NCBI RefSeq assembly: GCF_036365525.1
Contig: NC_090397.1
Coordinates: 69,445,781-69,509,780, forward strand
Source: Heterodontus francisci
Lineage: Eukaryota
Length of the DNA: 64,000 nt
Reading direction: 5' to 3'
Below are positions 37,746-50,995 of this stretch, piece after piece. The notes under the pieces are model-generated. The model ran no database searches. It saw nothing but the letters and a program-made list of their open reading frames with translations, and was not told the DNA's origin. Both the position numbers and the translations under genes were made by a program. Within the stretch, counting starts at the first letter, position 1. Every line of letters starts with the position of its first letter.

Positions 37746-38170
37746 TAGAACGTGGGAAAGTAACCAGGAACACAGAAAAACTGACTACAACTCGCTGGAT
37801 CAAAACCTTCAATCATTTAAAAGTACGGCTGTGAGGGGCCAAGACAGAGTTTGTTTTGATAGATTGAGGTGCTGGGGTTTTGTGAGGGGTGCAGGAGACC
37901 CTGAGAATTCTTAATCTGGTTTGGGAGCACAGGCCAGAGAACTAACTCTACACTGTTGTAGAGCTATTCTCGAAGTCTGTTTCCTTTACGAGTGGCTCCT
38001 CACAAAGAGCACAGGATCGCTGAATTTACCTTAGTTCAAAATGCATTCTCCACACCCCAATCCACATTTAAAAGGACAACACCCAGAACTGAAATCTGTC
38101 AAGTAACTCAGCAGTGCTGAAGGGGAAAAAACACACACATAACCAGTATTTTTCACGGGATGTGGGCATT

Positions 38171-39394
38171 AGTTTTTTGAGGAAGTGACGAAGATGAGTG
38201 ATGAGGGGAGGGCAGTGGATGTTATCTATATGGACTTCAGTAAAGCCTTTGACAAGGTCCCGCATGGCAGACTGGTGCAAAAGGTGAAATCACACGGGAT
38301 CAGAGGTGAGCTGGCAAGATGGATACAGAACTGGCTCAGTCACAGAAGACAGAGGGTAACAGTGGATGGGTGTTTTTCTGAATGGAGGGATGTGACTAGT
38401 GGTGTTCCGCAGGGATCAGTGCTGGGACCTTTGCTGTTTGTAGTATATATAAATGATTTGGAGGAAAATGTAGCTGGTCTGATTAGTAAGTTTGCGGACG
38501 ACACAAAGGTTGGTGGAGTTGCGGATAATGATGAGGATTGTCAGAGGATACAGCAGGATATAGATCGGTTGGAGACTTGCGCGGAGAAATGGCAGATGAA
38601 GTTTAATTTGGACAAATGTGAGGTAATGCATTTTGGAAGGTCTAAGCAGGTGGGAGGTATACAGGAAATGGCAGAACCCTTAGGAGTATTGACAGGCAGA
38701 GAGATCTGGGCGTACAGGTCCACAGGTCACTGAAAGTGGCAACGCTGGTGGATAAGGTAGTCAAGAAGGCATACGGCATGCTTGCCTTCATCGGTCGGGG
38801 CATAGAGTATAAAAATTGGCAAGTCATGTTGCAGCTGTACAGAACCTTAGAATATTGCGTGCAATTCTGGTCGCCACACTACCAGAAGGACGTGGAGGCT
38901 TTGGAGAGGGTACAGAGGAGGTTTACCAGGATGTTGCCTGGTCTGGAGGGCATTAGCTATGAGGAGAGGTTGGAAAAACTCGGATTGTTTTCACTGGAAC
39001 GACGGAGGTGGAGGGGCGACATGATAGAGGTTTACAAAGTTATGAGCGGCATGGACAGAGTGGATAGTCAGAAGCTTTTTCCCAGGGTGGAAGAGTCAGT
39101 TACTAGGGGACATAGGTTTAAGGTGCGAGGGGCAATGTTTAGAGGGGATGTGCGAGGCAAGTTCTTTACACAGAGGGTGGTGAGTGCCTGGAACTTGCTG
39201 CCAGGGGAGGTGGTGGAAGCAGATACGATAGCGATGTTTAAGAGACATCTTGACAAGTACATGAATAGGAAGGGAATAGAGGGATATGGGCCCCGGAAGT
39301 GCAGAAGGTTTTAGTTTCAGCAGGCATCAAGATCGGCGCAGGCTTGGAGGGCCGAATGGCCTGTTCCTGTGCTGTACTGTTCTTTGTTCTTTGT
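38171..39394 (+). mobile_element. Young 5'-truncated CR1, same subfamily as 12633-14194
   Basis: ORFs 38185-38733 and 38736-39314 are nearly identical in protein to 12712-14268 (FADD intact, one frameshift); (TTCTTTG)n tail. Confidence 0.95.
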
Positions 39395-39835
39395 ACTGGC
39401 TAGGCCAGCATTTACTGCCCATCCCTTATTGCCCTTGAGAAGGTGGTGGTGAGCTGCCTTCGTAAACCACTGCAGTTTGTGTGGTGTAGGTACTCCCACA
39501 GTGCTGTCAGGAAGGGAGTTCCAGGATTTTGACCCAGTGACAGTGAAGGAACGGTGATATAGTTCCATGTCAGGATGGTATGTGACTTGGAGGGGAACTT
39601 GCAGGTGGTGATGTTCCCATATATCTGCTGCCCTTGCCCTTCTAGGTGGTAGAGGTCACGGGTTTGGAAGGTTTAGTCGAAGGAGCCTTGGTGAGTTGCA
39701 GTAGTACATCTTGTAGATGGCACACACTGCTGCCACTGTGCGTTGGTGGTGGAGGGAGTGTATGTTGAAAGTAGTGGATGGGGTGCCAATCAAGCGGGCT
39801 GCTTTGTCCTAGATGCCATTGAGCTTCTTGAGTGT
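39395..39835 (-). mobile_element. LINE family B 3' fragment whose extreme tail (38150-38170) was split off by the CR1 insertion
   Basis: TTCACGGGATGTGGGCAT | TACTGGCTAGGCCAGCATTT rejoin to the family B tail. Confidence 0.85.
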
Positions 39836-40149
39836 TATGCAATACTGAAGTCCCAGTGACAACCGTGCAACATTCTATTTTAGTCATACCATGAGACTGA
39901 CCCATAACATGTATGAGGCCTTTTCACTCATGTGTTATAGCATCAGCCTTACTTTACCATGATAGCTGTAATTAAAAACGTACTTTAACTGCAGCATTAC
40001 GGGACTGAAAATATAAAATTCACAATCAATACACTTGTCTTTGTCAGCTAATATTAGCGAAGGATGCAAAAGACTCCACTGAATGTAAACATTTGTGGAC
40101 TTTGAATTCCCGAGCGGTAGTCACGTAAGAGAAAGAGTCTGAGGCCTAC

Positions 40150-40233
40150 CAGTAAGCGAGGGATGGGTGCTCCTTCAAAGCTTGTGTCGGCAGTACTGGC
40201 AGCTTCTTTAAGTCAGTCCTTGTGACTTCATTG
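40150..40233 (-). CDS. FRMD4A: FRMD4A coding exon (84 nt) S-NEVTRTDLKKLPVLPTQALKEHPSLAY-C
   Basis: TTTCTTTCAG acceptor, GTAGG donor, phase 2 to 2. Confidence 0.95.
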
Positions 40234-41576
40234 CTGAAAGAAAAATCAAAAGGATATCAAGCTTATACAGAAACTGTGATCCTCAGTGTGACCAGGTCCA
40301 GATGGAGCACCCTGAAAGTCCACATCTGTTCCTTTTTAGTAAAGAGCACTTTTTAGCAAAGTAGATTTTTTTACACAAGTCTTCAGTGACTTTTTTCTTT
40401 AATAAAGAAAAAAAGTCAACATGTGTCTCACTGTTGCTGTGTGGTCAGGAACTAGATTCAGCTTGCTTCCTCTGTACAAGTCCCTAGCCCCCAGCCCCTT
40501 CGAACAAAGACACTTTTTTGACCCATTCAAGGGGGGAAAAAAACAACAGTTTACTTTCCTTGACAGGATTTAAAGAACAAAATAAGTGGCAGGGGGTGGG
40601 GGGAGGTGGGAAGGCACCAAACAAATCTTTGATAGTGAGGTTCGACCCTCCTATCCTGTAAGGCTCGAAGGAATAACTGACCTTATATTAAAACCATGAT
40701 CGCTCTTTAACACAAAGCTCACTCTGTTTCAGCAATGGGAGAGCAACTTCCAACCAAGATTTCTTTACATTCTCGGGCTCTACAAAAATACTCACGTAAC
40801 CTTCAAGCTCCTTTCTGTCTGAATAGAACAAGCTTGCCTATCTCTAACAATTTGTTGGTTTCTATGTGTGGCCAAAGAAAGGTTTAAAGTCTCATCTCCA
40901 GACACTCTCCCTTTGTCTGCAGCCAGACTCCTGTGTACAGACAGCAGGGTAATATATTTTACACTGTACCTGCCATCACTGAACTTTTTAACTTCGTTCC
41001 AGTCACAATTTATAAGTTATGGTGACGGAGTGTAACTATGCAAGGTGAAACCTGATCAAGGCTGCTTTTGGTTGTGCTCACTGACCCTATTGAAATGCAG
41101 CAGCTCTGGATTCTGGCAGTTATTTTAAAGAGTATTAGTAGTGAAATGTAATATGGTCTTGTGCACACAAGTTGTTTATACATGACTGCGCTGACTGCAA
41201 GTTAAGGCACACAGTCCTTGCTCTGCTTGTGTGAGTGATGTACGACTAAACCCAGGGATTCAGGAGTTGTAACACATGGTCACTGAGGAGTTTTAAAATG
41301 CAGTAACTCATATCCCCTAGTATCAGCAACCAGCACTTGGCATGCGCCAGTTTCTGAACAAACTATTAACAAAAGCTTGCATTTGTATAGCACCTTTAAT
41401 GTAGTAAAATGTCTCAACGTGCTTCACATGAGCGTTAAGATACTGGTTCAATTTTTGACCAGCGATGTTAGCATTGGATAAACAAGAGTTCATCAGATGG
41501 AGAGTAAATGGGACAGCACTCCGGTTTCCAGGGCCACTGATGTTTCTGGATGTTCAAAGGCTTTAAGAGCATGATA

Positions 41577-43230
41577 GAAGAACATCGGATATAGGAGCAG
41601 ACGTAGGCCATTCAGCACCTTGAGCCTGCTCTGCCATTCAATAAGATCATGGCCGATCTTTGACCTCAATTCCACTTTCCTGATCCCCATATCTCTTAAT
41701 TCTCCTTGAGTACAAAATTCTGTCTATTTCAGCCTTGAACATACTCAGCAATTGAGCATCCACAGCTCTCTGAAGAGAGAATTCCAAAGATTCACAACCC
41801 TTGGAGTGAAGAAACTCCTCCTCATCTCGGTTTTAAATAAAGACTATGTCCCCTAGTTCTAGACTCTTCAGTCAGGGAAACAACCTGTCAACATTTACCC
41901 TGCCAAGTCCTTGCAGAAACTTATGTTACAATGAGATCATCTCTCATTCTTCGAAACTCCAGGGAACATAGATCCATTCTACTCAATCTCTCATCATAGG
42001 ACAACCCTCTCACCCCACGAATTAATCTAGTGAACCTTCACTGTACTGTCTTCAATGCATGTTTATCCTTCCTTAGATAAGGAGACCAAAACTGTACATG
42101 GTGCTCCAGGTGCGGTCTTACCAACGCCGTCTATGTACAATTATAGCAAGACTTCCCTATTCTTGGACTCCAATCCCCTTGCATTAAAGGCCAACATGCC
42201 ATTTGCTTTCCTAATTGCTTGCTGTACTTGCATGATAACTTTGCGTTTCTTGTATGAGGACACCCTGATCTCACTAAGGCCGGAATCTCATGTTGAGGTG
42301 GTAGCCCCGCCCATTGGTTGAAAAGCCGGGGTTGAGCCTGCTGCCCCCAGGCCTGCAAGCCAGGCAGCAACTTTACATGGCTCGGGCCCTTAACTGCCCT
42401 CGGTAAGGACTTCCATCCCTCCGAGGCAGGAATTCCCACCTCCAAGAGCTGCCAGCCTATCAGAGGGCTAGCAGCTCTTCAGTCCCAGTGGGACTGCACC
42501 CAGCAAGAAGCAGATAATGGACGTCAACCTTCAAAGTGGCAAGTGGAGGTCGGGCTTTGCCAGGGAGAATTGACAAGGCCCCGGTGAGGTGTGGATGGGT
42601 CAGAGAGCAGAGCTGAGGGGGGATAGTTTTAGCGGGGGCGACCAGTGCTCCTGGAGGGGCTCTCTGTGAGGCACAGGGTGCCTGATCAGGAAGGGCTCCC
42701 CTCCCAGCACGCAAGGAGGCTGCCATGTATTACTGGGCGGCCTCCTCAGGTGCTGAAGTGCCTGTCTGCCACCGGTAAAATACCAATGGCAGCGGGAGGA
42801 GGCCCTTAAGTGGCAATTAATTGGCCACTTAAGGGTTTCAATTGGCCTGAGGTGTGTGGGCCGTTTGTCACCTCCCCCGCTGCTGGTAAAATAGTGGTGG
42901 GGAGGTGGCTAGGCGATGGACATGGCACCTCCTGCCTGCCGCACGATTTTACCACCCCCACTCCCCCACCACCTCCTAGCCCAAATCCAAGGCAGGCATT
43001 AATTTTTGGCCTAATATTTAAAAGATTCTCACCATTTGAAAAATATTCTGCTTTTCTATTCTTCCTATCAAAGTGTTGAACCTCACTTTTCCCCACACTA
43101 TACTCCATCTACCACCTTATTGCCCACTCACTTAAGCTTTTACAGCCTCTTTGTGTCGTCCTCATAGCTTTCATTCCTAGCTTTGAAACGTCAGCAAACA
43201 GATGCATCACTCTTGCTCCCTCCATCTAAA
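41577..43230 (-). mobile_element. CR1 fragment interrupted by a MITE
   Basis: CR1 tail at 41577-41700; MEYSVGKSEVQHFDRKNRKAEYF resumes after 43011. Confidence 0.85.
42278..43011. mobile_element. PIF/Harbinger-like non-autonomous element
   Basis: 3-bp TSD TAA; termini GGCCGGAAT / ATTTTTGGCC; GC-rich interior. Confidence 0.65.
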
Positions 43231-43395
43231 TCATTAATAGTGATTCAATCTCTTTTCACTGCCTTTTCCAATGTATTTTCATGCCCGACTGAGCGATATC
43301 AAACAACATTCTTTCACCCTTATCACCTTTAAAAAGCTATTGTCAAGCTCTTGAACCTATTAACTTGGTGTTGGAGCAAGCTAACATGACTCTTG

Positions 43396-43933
43396 AGTTT
43401 GAATTTTGCAGATTACTGCCAAATCTCGCCCCCGGGGCCGAAAGCAGGAGGCGACCCTGCTTTGGTGTGCAGTGGGACCCAGGGCAGCAGTGGCACTGCT
43501 CAGGCTACATCACCAGGGGGAGAAAGTCTTAATGGCAGGGCATCCTCGAAGAGAGTTCAGGTAGGTTGAGCGAAGCTGGGGCCTGGTAGCCAGGTGCCAG
43601 CAATGGGCGTGGGGTGTCATGAAGCACCAGAAGCCCCATTGCCAAGAGGGCAGTCACAGCTGCCGGGGACCCCTGTGTGGGCCATGTAGTGCTCCTAAAG
43701 AAGGCCCCACCCTGCCTGGAGTCCAAAAGGTTTAACTGGGGGGGGGGGGGGGGTCTCTATGTGGGAGCGGGCCCTCTTATCCAGTAGGTGACCAAGCTGC
43801 CAACTTTCCCACCATTGGCAATATGCCATGGCAGTGGGAAGACACTGGGCTTCCCTCCCAATGCCTTTCCCCGCCATTTTGCCAGCCTTCCCATCTCCTA
43901 GCCCATTGCCAATAGGCCGTGAAAATTCCGGCC
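43396..43933. mobile_element. Degenerate PIF/Harbinger-like element
   Basis: Right end AAAATTCCGGCC, decayed left end AGTTTGAATTTT, TTG on both flanks. Confidence 0.45.
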
Positions 43934-46900
43934 TTGGTTTCTGATTACTCCTCCCATCTTTGCTGTTGTTCAGTTCTAAGAAAAACAGTTTGCTCATCAC
44001 CCACCTTCCCATTCTGACCAAGGATCAGATCAATGGCAGAAACGTGAAGGTGTCCTTTCGTGTTATAGATTCTGGTGGGCTTGCTGTGTGTTCCCAGCAC
44101 TTTCTAGATTTATTTCAGTTTTCAGCATTTCATTTTCCCCTTTCATCTCAGGAGAATTGTGGCTACCCCTGATTTAGCCATTTGCATCTACCTGACATTA
44201 TGTGTAGCCCAACCCGAAGGCTTTTTCATTTTAGTCTTTTTCTCCACCTTGTAGAATTAAAACCTTCTGCTTGTTATTTTCTCCCACCCAGAATCACTAT
44301 CAACGGTGACCTGTTTCCAGCCTCTGCCTACATCTTCCTGAAGCAGCTGCATGAAAGGGGCTCAAAGGTGACAAAGCACAGGCGGGCAGCTGTTGAAGTG
44401 GAAGATTGGCTGCTGTGTGAATGCACAAGAAAATCAAATTCAGTTTGCTTGCTCCTATGAATGCCATGGGGCCTGACATGATTAAAATGACCAGAGGACA
44501 ATAAAAAAAAATTAATAGGAATAAAACATGTGCCAGGGCAAAATGAATGTGACAGCTGTACAATGGTATGTGACAGTGCACTGAGAACACAAACACTGAC
44601 TTTTACTGTACTCATTTTGAAAGAAAAAAGATCTTACAAGGAGTCCTATTTCAGACCTCTTACAAGCAATAAACTACACTGAAACCCTTTTAAAAATGCA
44701 CCAAAATAAGGAAATGATGAAACCATTGTTACTGCAGTCTGCTAAAATGTTCTAAATTTTGTCAAAGCATGTTTGTGTCCAGTATCAGCCAGTGTCTTAT
44801 TACCAAGCATTTTGTTCAAGTTTAACACAATCTCTAATAGGGGCACAACATTAGTTCTATATTCAAGCAACCAAATAATGGTTCAAAATGTACAAGATTA
44901 GACTATTTCTTTGTTTGTACAGTCAATTTGTAAAAGGAAATCCTCTGGATGTACCAAGCAGTTTACAATAAGTTACCTGCCTTTTCTTTTCCGCCTCCTT
45001 TAAATCAACACACTTATTTTTTATTTACAAAACCAAAGTGGATATAACTTGCAATATACAAGTGAGCTACAGCGACTGTGACTTTTGAACCTTGCCCTGA
45101 CAAAATAATTAACTTGTGTCCTGATTGTCTAACTACATCCCCCTCTCTCACTCTCCCACATTTTGCTTCAAATCCATCATCCTGATATATTGTGGCAACA
45201 AAAAAGGATCACTGAAAGCAGCCCGCTAACCTCTGTTTCTGCCAGACTGAGACAAGCGTTCCTCGCAACAGAACCGTCTATGTGCAAGTGATCCAGTTTC
45301 TCGGGGGTGAAATGCTCATACAGAAGGTTTTGAAAAGCATAGGAATCATGAGTTGTAAAACGAACAGTACTGACAAAAATCAGCCTGAAACACATCAAAA
45401 ATATTTAGGATACAGGGCTGGGATTGGCTTCTCCACAGCTGCATCACCCAACGTATGTTTTCACTTCAGCTTTAATGGCAACAGAAGGATATTTAATTCC
45501 AAAGTTTCGAATTGTTTTTTCTTTCCCCCAATTTGTTCTCTCATGCCCCCTCTCCCCAAGGTAGTGACTCATGGTGTAGAAGAGCTCCGTGGGGCTCTCC
45601 AATAACTCACTGATGTGGGTATTGTTACACATGTGAGTATGGGCAATGAGTGTCGGTGGAATGTTGGACTTTGGCAGGGCTGCGGGGCATGGGCAGTAAA
45701 ACTGAACCAGACCCTGTCCTCACCTTCCATCCTCTTTCTTTTACATCCCGACTAGGGTCACTGAATAGCAGCCAGGGGAAGACTGATATTCCTCCCTATG
45801 TCTTCCATGGAGATGGGAGTCAACAATAAGCTCTCATGATCATCCGCTCCTGTCACTGCATTTGCCAATACTTCACAAATGTTTACAATAAAAGTAGGAA
45901 GAGGCATTTGTGAGGGAAACATTAGGACAGATTCTTACTTTAACAAAAAGTTATCAACATGTAAGATTAACTTCCAAATAATGGAGGGTTTAAAAAAAAA
46001 CATGGAATAATTGAAGAAACCGATGCTACATTTGAGAGGACAGTAGATTCCCACTTGAGCCCATCTTGTGACCTTGTGAAAGATATTATCGATGTTTCTC
46101 CTCCTTCTTGATGTTTTACATTCACTCATTCCTGGAAAAAAAGCTGCGCTCTCGAGAGTATTGCAGAATATTGGAGGAGCTGCTGAACGCCAGAGAACAC
46201 ATGTGTCTAATAGATCCACTGCTGGCAATCTGTTCATCATTTCCTATTAATGGCAATCGGCTTTACTGGAAACTAAAATATTAATGACTAAGTGGAACTG
46301 CACTGATGATACTGTGGTAAGTTACAGGCAATGATTATTGCATAAGCATTATCAAAAATGGAATCAAAAAGCTGCCGTCTTTGTTATAGCAGCTGGTGAA
46401 GGGAATGCTACATCTAAAAAAAACTATAAATAAATACAAACCATCTCATATATTAACAATAAGACAGACAGTATTTGTTGTAGGACCACTCTCTGTTCTT
46501 CTGCTGACTTCCATTCTGTTGTTTTGGGGCAAGTTTTACTGAGAAATGAATTGAACGTTAATTGCTTAAGTGCACACTATGTCGAAAATGCATCTCCTTT
46601 AATTTTCAGCTGCATTCGGTGAACTGCTAGTAAAGGAAAGACAGTCCTTAGTTTTAAAAATGAGGAAACTGCTAAAATATATTAAAGTTCTGTTCTTAAT
46701 TTAATGCATTTTGGGTTCAAACATTTCAAATTGTTTTCAGCTCATTATGTAAAACTTGTACTTAAGAATTTTGTTTTGTTTACCTTTTGAAAGTCAGCCG
46801 AGATTGGATTGATAGTACATAAAAATAAACATGGAACAAGAAATGGCCACTTGACTTATCAAACTTACAGACCATCTATAATCTACCCTACCACTGACTC

Positions 46901-47668
46901 TACCACATCCTCTTAATTTCAGAAAATTCTTCTGAAAAACTCACTACTCAAGGGTTATTAAGTAGAACTCCACAGGACTCATCTACCTCATCAGACCATT
47001 GCTCAAACCCCATCTGGGCTCACCCAGAAAATATTCCTTACTCCAAGAATGATACTGTTCCATGGAGTAGCTGATTATTTCAGTTTACACCTATGCATGC
47101 CCTCAAATAGTTACTGAAAGATCTTCGTTATTTTGCTGGTTGATTCTTTCCTGCCTATCCATCGCTCTCCCTCTCTTATTTTAAAGTTTATGGGTTCCGG
47201 GGCTCTGTTGTGTTTGTGGAAACACAGGGGACTTGGTGCCCCACATTTAATTCATAGACCCACATTTTATACTATGGAGTGCAGTATGCAGAAGGAGACT
47301 TGTACTTTTCTCTCTGGCTGAACACTGAAAACATAAAATTACTTCAAACGGTTCCCTTCAGAAGTCCACTCTCAAGGATTACTTCTTTGGGAAACTTGAT
47401 TATATTTTTAGTCTGCGATGGGGGAGACCACATAAAAATAGAAACACTGCTGCTGATCGGTCTGTAATCACAGAGACTGTTGTTTCGTCTGAGGCGGGAG
47501 GAGTGCACTGTCTTTTCTAGTCCCACTTCTCCGCAGATCACAACATATATTTTCAAAATGTTTACCAAGTTACTGATTCGGTCAATCATATACTCTAATC
47601 TTTATCCCAGAATAAAATACACCAACCAGGTTTCTTTAATAAACAACAAAATTATCAGTTATAATTTT

Positions 47669-48003
47669 GGGTGGCACAGTGGCGCAGTGGTTAGCACTGC
47701 AACCTCACAGCTCCAGGGACCCGGGTTCGATTCTGGGTACTGCCTGTGCGGAGTTTGCAAGTTCTCCCTGTGTCTGCGTGGGTTTTCGCCGGGTGCTCCG
47801 GTTTCCTCCCACATCCAAAAGACTTGCAGGTGATAGGTAAATTGGCCGTTGTAAATCGCTCCTAGTATAGGTAGGTGGTAGGGAATATGGGATTACTGTA
47901 GGGTTAGTATAAATGGGTGGTTGTTGGTCGGCACAGACTTGGTGGGTCGAAGGGCCTGTTTCAGTGCTGTATCTCTAAATAAATAAAAAAATAAATAAAC
48001 AAA
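47669..48003 (+). mobile_element. HE1/V-SINE, full length
   Basis: GGGTGGCACAGTGGCGCAGTGGTTAGC...GGGTTCGATTC...GTGCTGTATCTCT(AAAT)n. Confidence 0.9.
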
Positions 48004-49979
48004 ACTTATCCAGTAATGAAGCAAAGCATTAACACACAGATTGAAATATGAAAGTGCCCTTTTTAAGTTCTCCCCCACAAACACATACACATACAGAAAT
48101 TCTCTTCACAGAGGTCTGTTACAAAAAAGACAGAAAAAAGAATACTTTGGCCAAATGCTTGATAATTCTTGAAGAAAAAAGAGAAGATATGGAACGAAGT
48201 CAGTTGTCCCTTTTGGTCTGGCATCTGGGTATATGGAGACGGGTCACTGGTATCTTTTCTAAAGATCTTTTCAGGCAGCACTGAGAATTAATCTGGCAGG
48301 TTTGTTCAGCTTCTCAGGATAGATGCAGCACCAGGGATTTTAGCTCTCCCACACTGGATCTTTGCAGAGTTTCTTCAAAGAGGTGGAGAAAGAGGTGAGC
48401 TGGTGGTTTATCCTTGGCAAGTTAAACTCCAACTGTCTTCAAAACAGTTCACACCTCAAACAGAAAGTCAATCTCTTGACCTCCATAAAACCTGGCCTGT
48501 GGCTTCTCTGTAAACATCTTCCCCAGATCACCAAGGTTTCTGTTGTTTATTGAACTTAATGCACATGATTTCCAGCAAAGATTGTTTTCAAACAACATCT
48601 CAGTGTTCTTTCAGTGAACTGTCAACAACAAAACAAAGTCCAGCATTTATGAAATTTTCAGCCTTCCAATGAATCCATCTCCACAATCTAAATATGAGTC
48701 CTCAAAAAAAACTTCACAAAAAATATAGAAGCATCTTCATAACACTGCGCAGAAAGACAGCCAGGCAGATATCCTCAACCCAACGTCTGCGGAGTGTGTC
48801 TGCTTCTTGCAAATGTTGATCGACCAGCCTTTACAATGAGACCCCTTTCAAATGTAAGATTTGATTTGAAACAAATCCCATGGGACTTTTTAAACTAAAA
48901 AAAGCTTTCCCCTTATAATCTCCTTTCTCATTTAATAAACTGGCTTCTTGAGCATTAAAATGAGCTTCTATCACATGGACCAGCTTGTGAACTGTGAGTG
49001 CGAGCGGAAACCAAAGTTTCCTAAACAACATGCCCAAGCTTTATTCGGCATTAAGATATACATCACACAAAGTGTCCAGAACCCGAAAACAAAGCAGCAC
49101 ACCAACAGAACACAGCCGACTGGGACACACCTGCCTCATGCCGTAATGCATAACTAAAGGACTGCTCAGATTCTGAAATCCAGCTCTTTCAATGTAGGCC
49201 AAACATAACTTCAAGAAATTCCTCTCTCAGCAGATTTATGGGCTAACCACTTTGTTAAAATAGAGAGGTTCCAATTGAGTCTGTTAGCCAATGCATCACA
49301 CATATCACGAAGTACAATTTCAAACTGACCTCCCTTCATAAGCAATTGTGGCTTTCACTTTACGCTAGAAAATAACAAAGACGACAACACTCACAGGCAG
49401 TGAGCATTTTTGTACTGATAGTTCCAATTGATTAAGCCTATACATAAAGTTATCTGCATTGAATTTTCCAGAATCTAACCGTCGAAAAAATGCTCAATTT
49501 TGGGGTTTTTATGAATGCAGGAAACAGGATACTACTGTACTCAGTGATTAAAGACACGGTTATAATGAGAGAGTAAATGTGGAGCAAATGATAGGGCTGC
49601 ACTCTTATACCATATGTGTTTAACAGAAGGGAGCTGTTCACAGTTTCCAATCTCAGCATAATAATCAGCCGTCTATTACATCCCACCACAGGCTAAAACT
49701 GGTGTGGTCGAGAATGCCGACTTCTGTCTTAGGTGTACAATAAAACAAGTAAGGAACAGAGAATAAGTGGAATGAAACGAGGCCTCAAATGCAATTCACT
49801 GGGGCATTGACCAGATAACGGTTTGAAAATGCTTACTGTATTCTGTTTTATTTATACGTGTGCGTCTGAACACATGTGCATGTGTGCATGTGTGTTTGTA
49901 CATGCAACTCCAGAACCGGTGAACAATTGTGGTTCCTGGGAAACACTGATTACAGAATCCTCACAACAGATGCCATGAC

Positions 49980-50500
49980 AAATACAACAACAACAGCGTG
50001 CATTCATCTAGCGCCTTTAATGTAGTAAAAAGCTTGGTCCAAGAAGTAGGTTTTAAGGATCATCTTAAAGGAGAATAGAGAGATGAAGAGGTTTAGGGAG
50101 GGAATTCCAGAGTTGAGGGTACAGCCGCCAATGGTGGAGCAATGAAAAGTGGGCAAGAGGTCTGAATTGGAGGATTTCTTGGAAGGTTGTAGGGCAGGAG
50201 GAGGTTACGGAGATGGGGGTGGGGGGGGGGGGGTGGGGGGTGGGGCAAAGCCACAGATGGATATCAAAACAAGGATGAGAATTATTTTAAACTCTAGGAC
50301 ATGCAGGGCTGGGAGCCAGTGTGGGTCAGCCAGCACAGGGGTGATGGCTGAACAGGTCTTTGTGAGAGTTAGGTCATGGGTAACAGTATGTTGGATGAGC
50401 TCAGGTTTATGGAAGGTGCAAGGTGGGAAACAGGCCAAGAGAGCAATGGAACAGCCGGACCTAAGCTAACGAAGGCATGGATGAGGGTTTCAGCAGCAGA
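49980..50500 (-). mobile_element. L2 fragment
   Basis: AAETLIHAFVS and ITPVLADPHWLP...FKIILIL peptides. Confidence 0.8.
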
Positions 50501-50852
50501 TTGAAATACTGCAAACACTTGGGAGACCACTGACTGCAGACTTCCCTGGACAAAAACTGCAAGCACCGAGGCAAACACTATCTGAAGATTCCTCATGCCA
50601 AATGCTCCAGACATGAAAATGACATTGGTTCAATGGTCCCTATGACAGATATTTCAAGGCTCCTGTACGACCGAGGCTTCTCACAATGGAACCTCTGAGC
50701 TCGAGGCAACATTCCCAGCTGACAGAAGATACTGGCTACAAGTGTTATAAAATTCTGTGCAATACGACCTCATCTGCAAAGACAGCAATTGATACTTTAG
50801 CATGAGTATTACAGAAACCCATACACAATATGTACACATATAAGCACAGAAT

Positions 50853-50995
50853 AAGAACATAAGAAATAGGAGCTGGAGTAGGCCATTCAGCCCCTCGAGC
50901 CTGCTCTGCCGTTCAACAAGATCATGGCTGATCTTCTAGCTCAACTCCACCTTCCCGGACTATCCCCATATTCCTTAATTCCCTTAGTACCCAAT
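50853..50995 (-). mobile_element. CR1 extreme 3' tail
   Basis: AAGAACATAAGAAATAGGAGCTGGAGTAGGCCATTCAGCCCCTCGAG. Confidence 0.75.

Noticed and set aside
47669-47740. tRNA-like A/B boxes as tRNA genes (also 670-739 and 34100-34192)
   Set aside because: They continue into SINE bodies and LINE-derived tails
48831-49037. NEKGDYKG peptide resembling the EAKGDYS exon
   Set aside because: No flanking splice sites; the true exon at 63290-63312 has consensus sites and the correct phase
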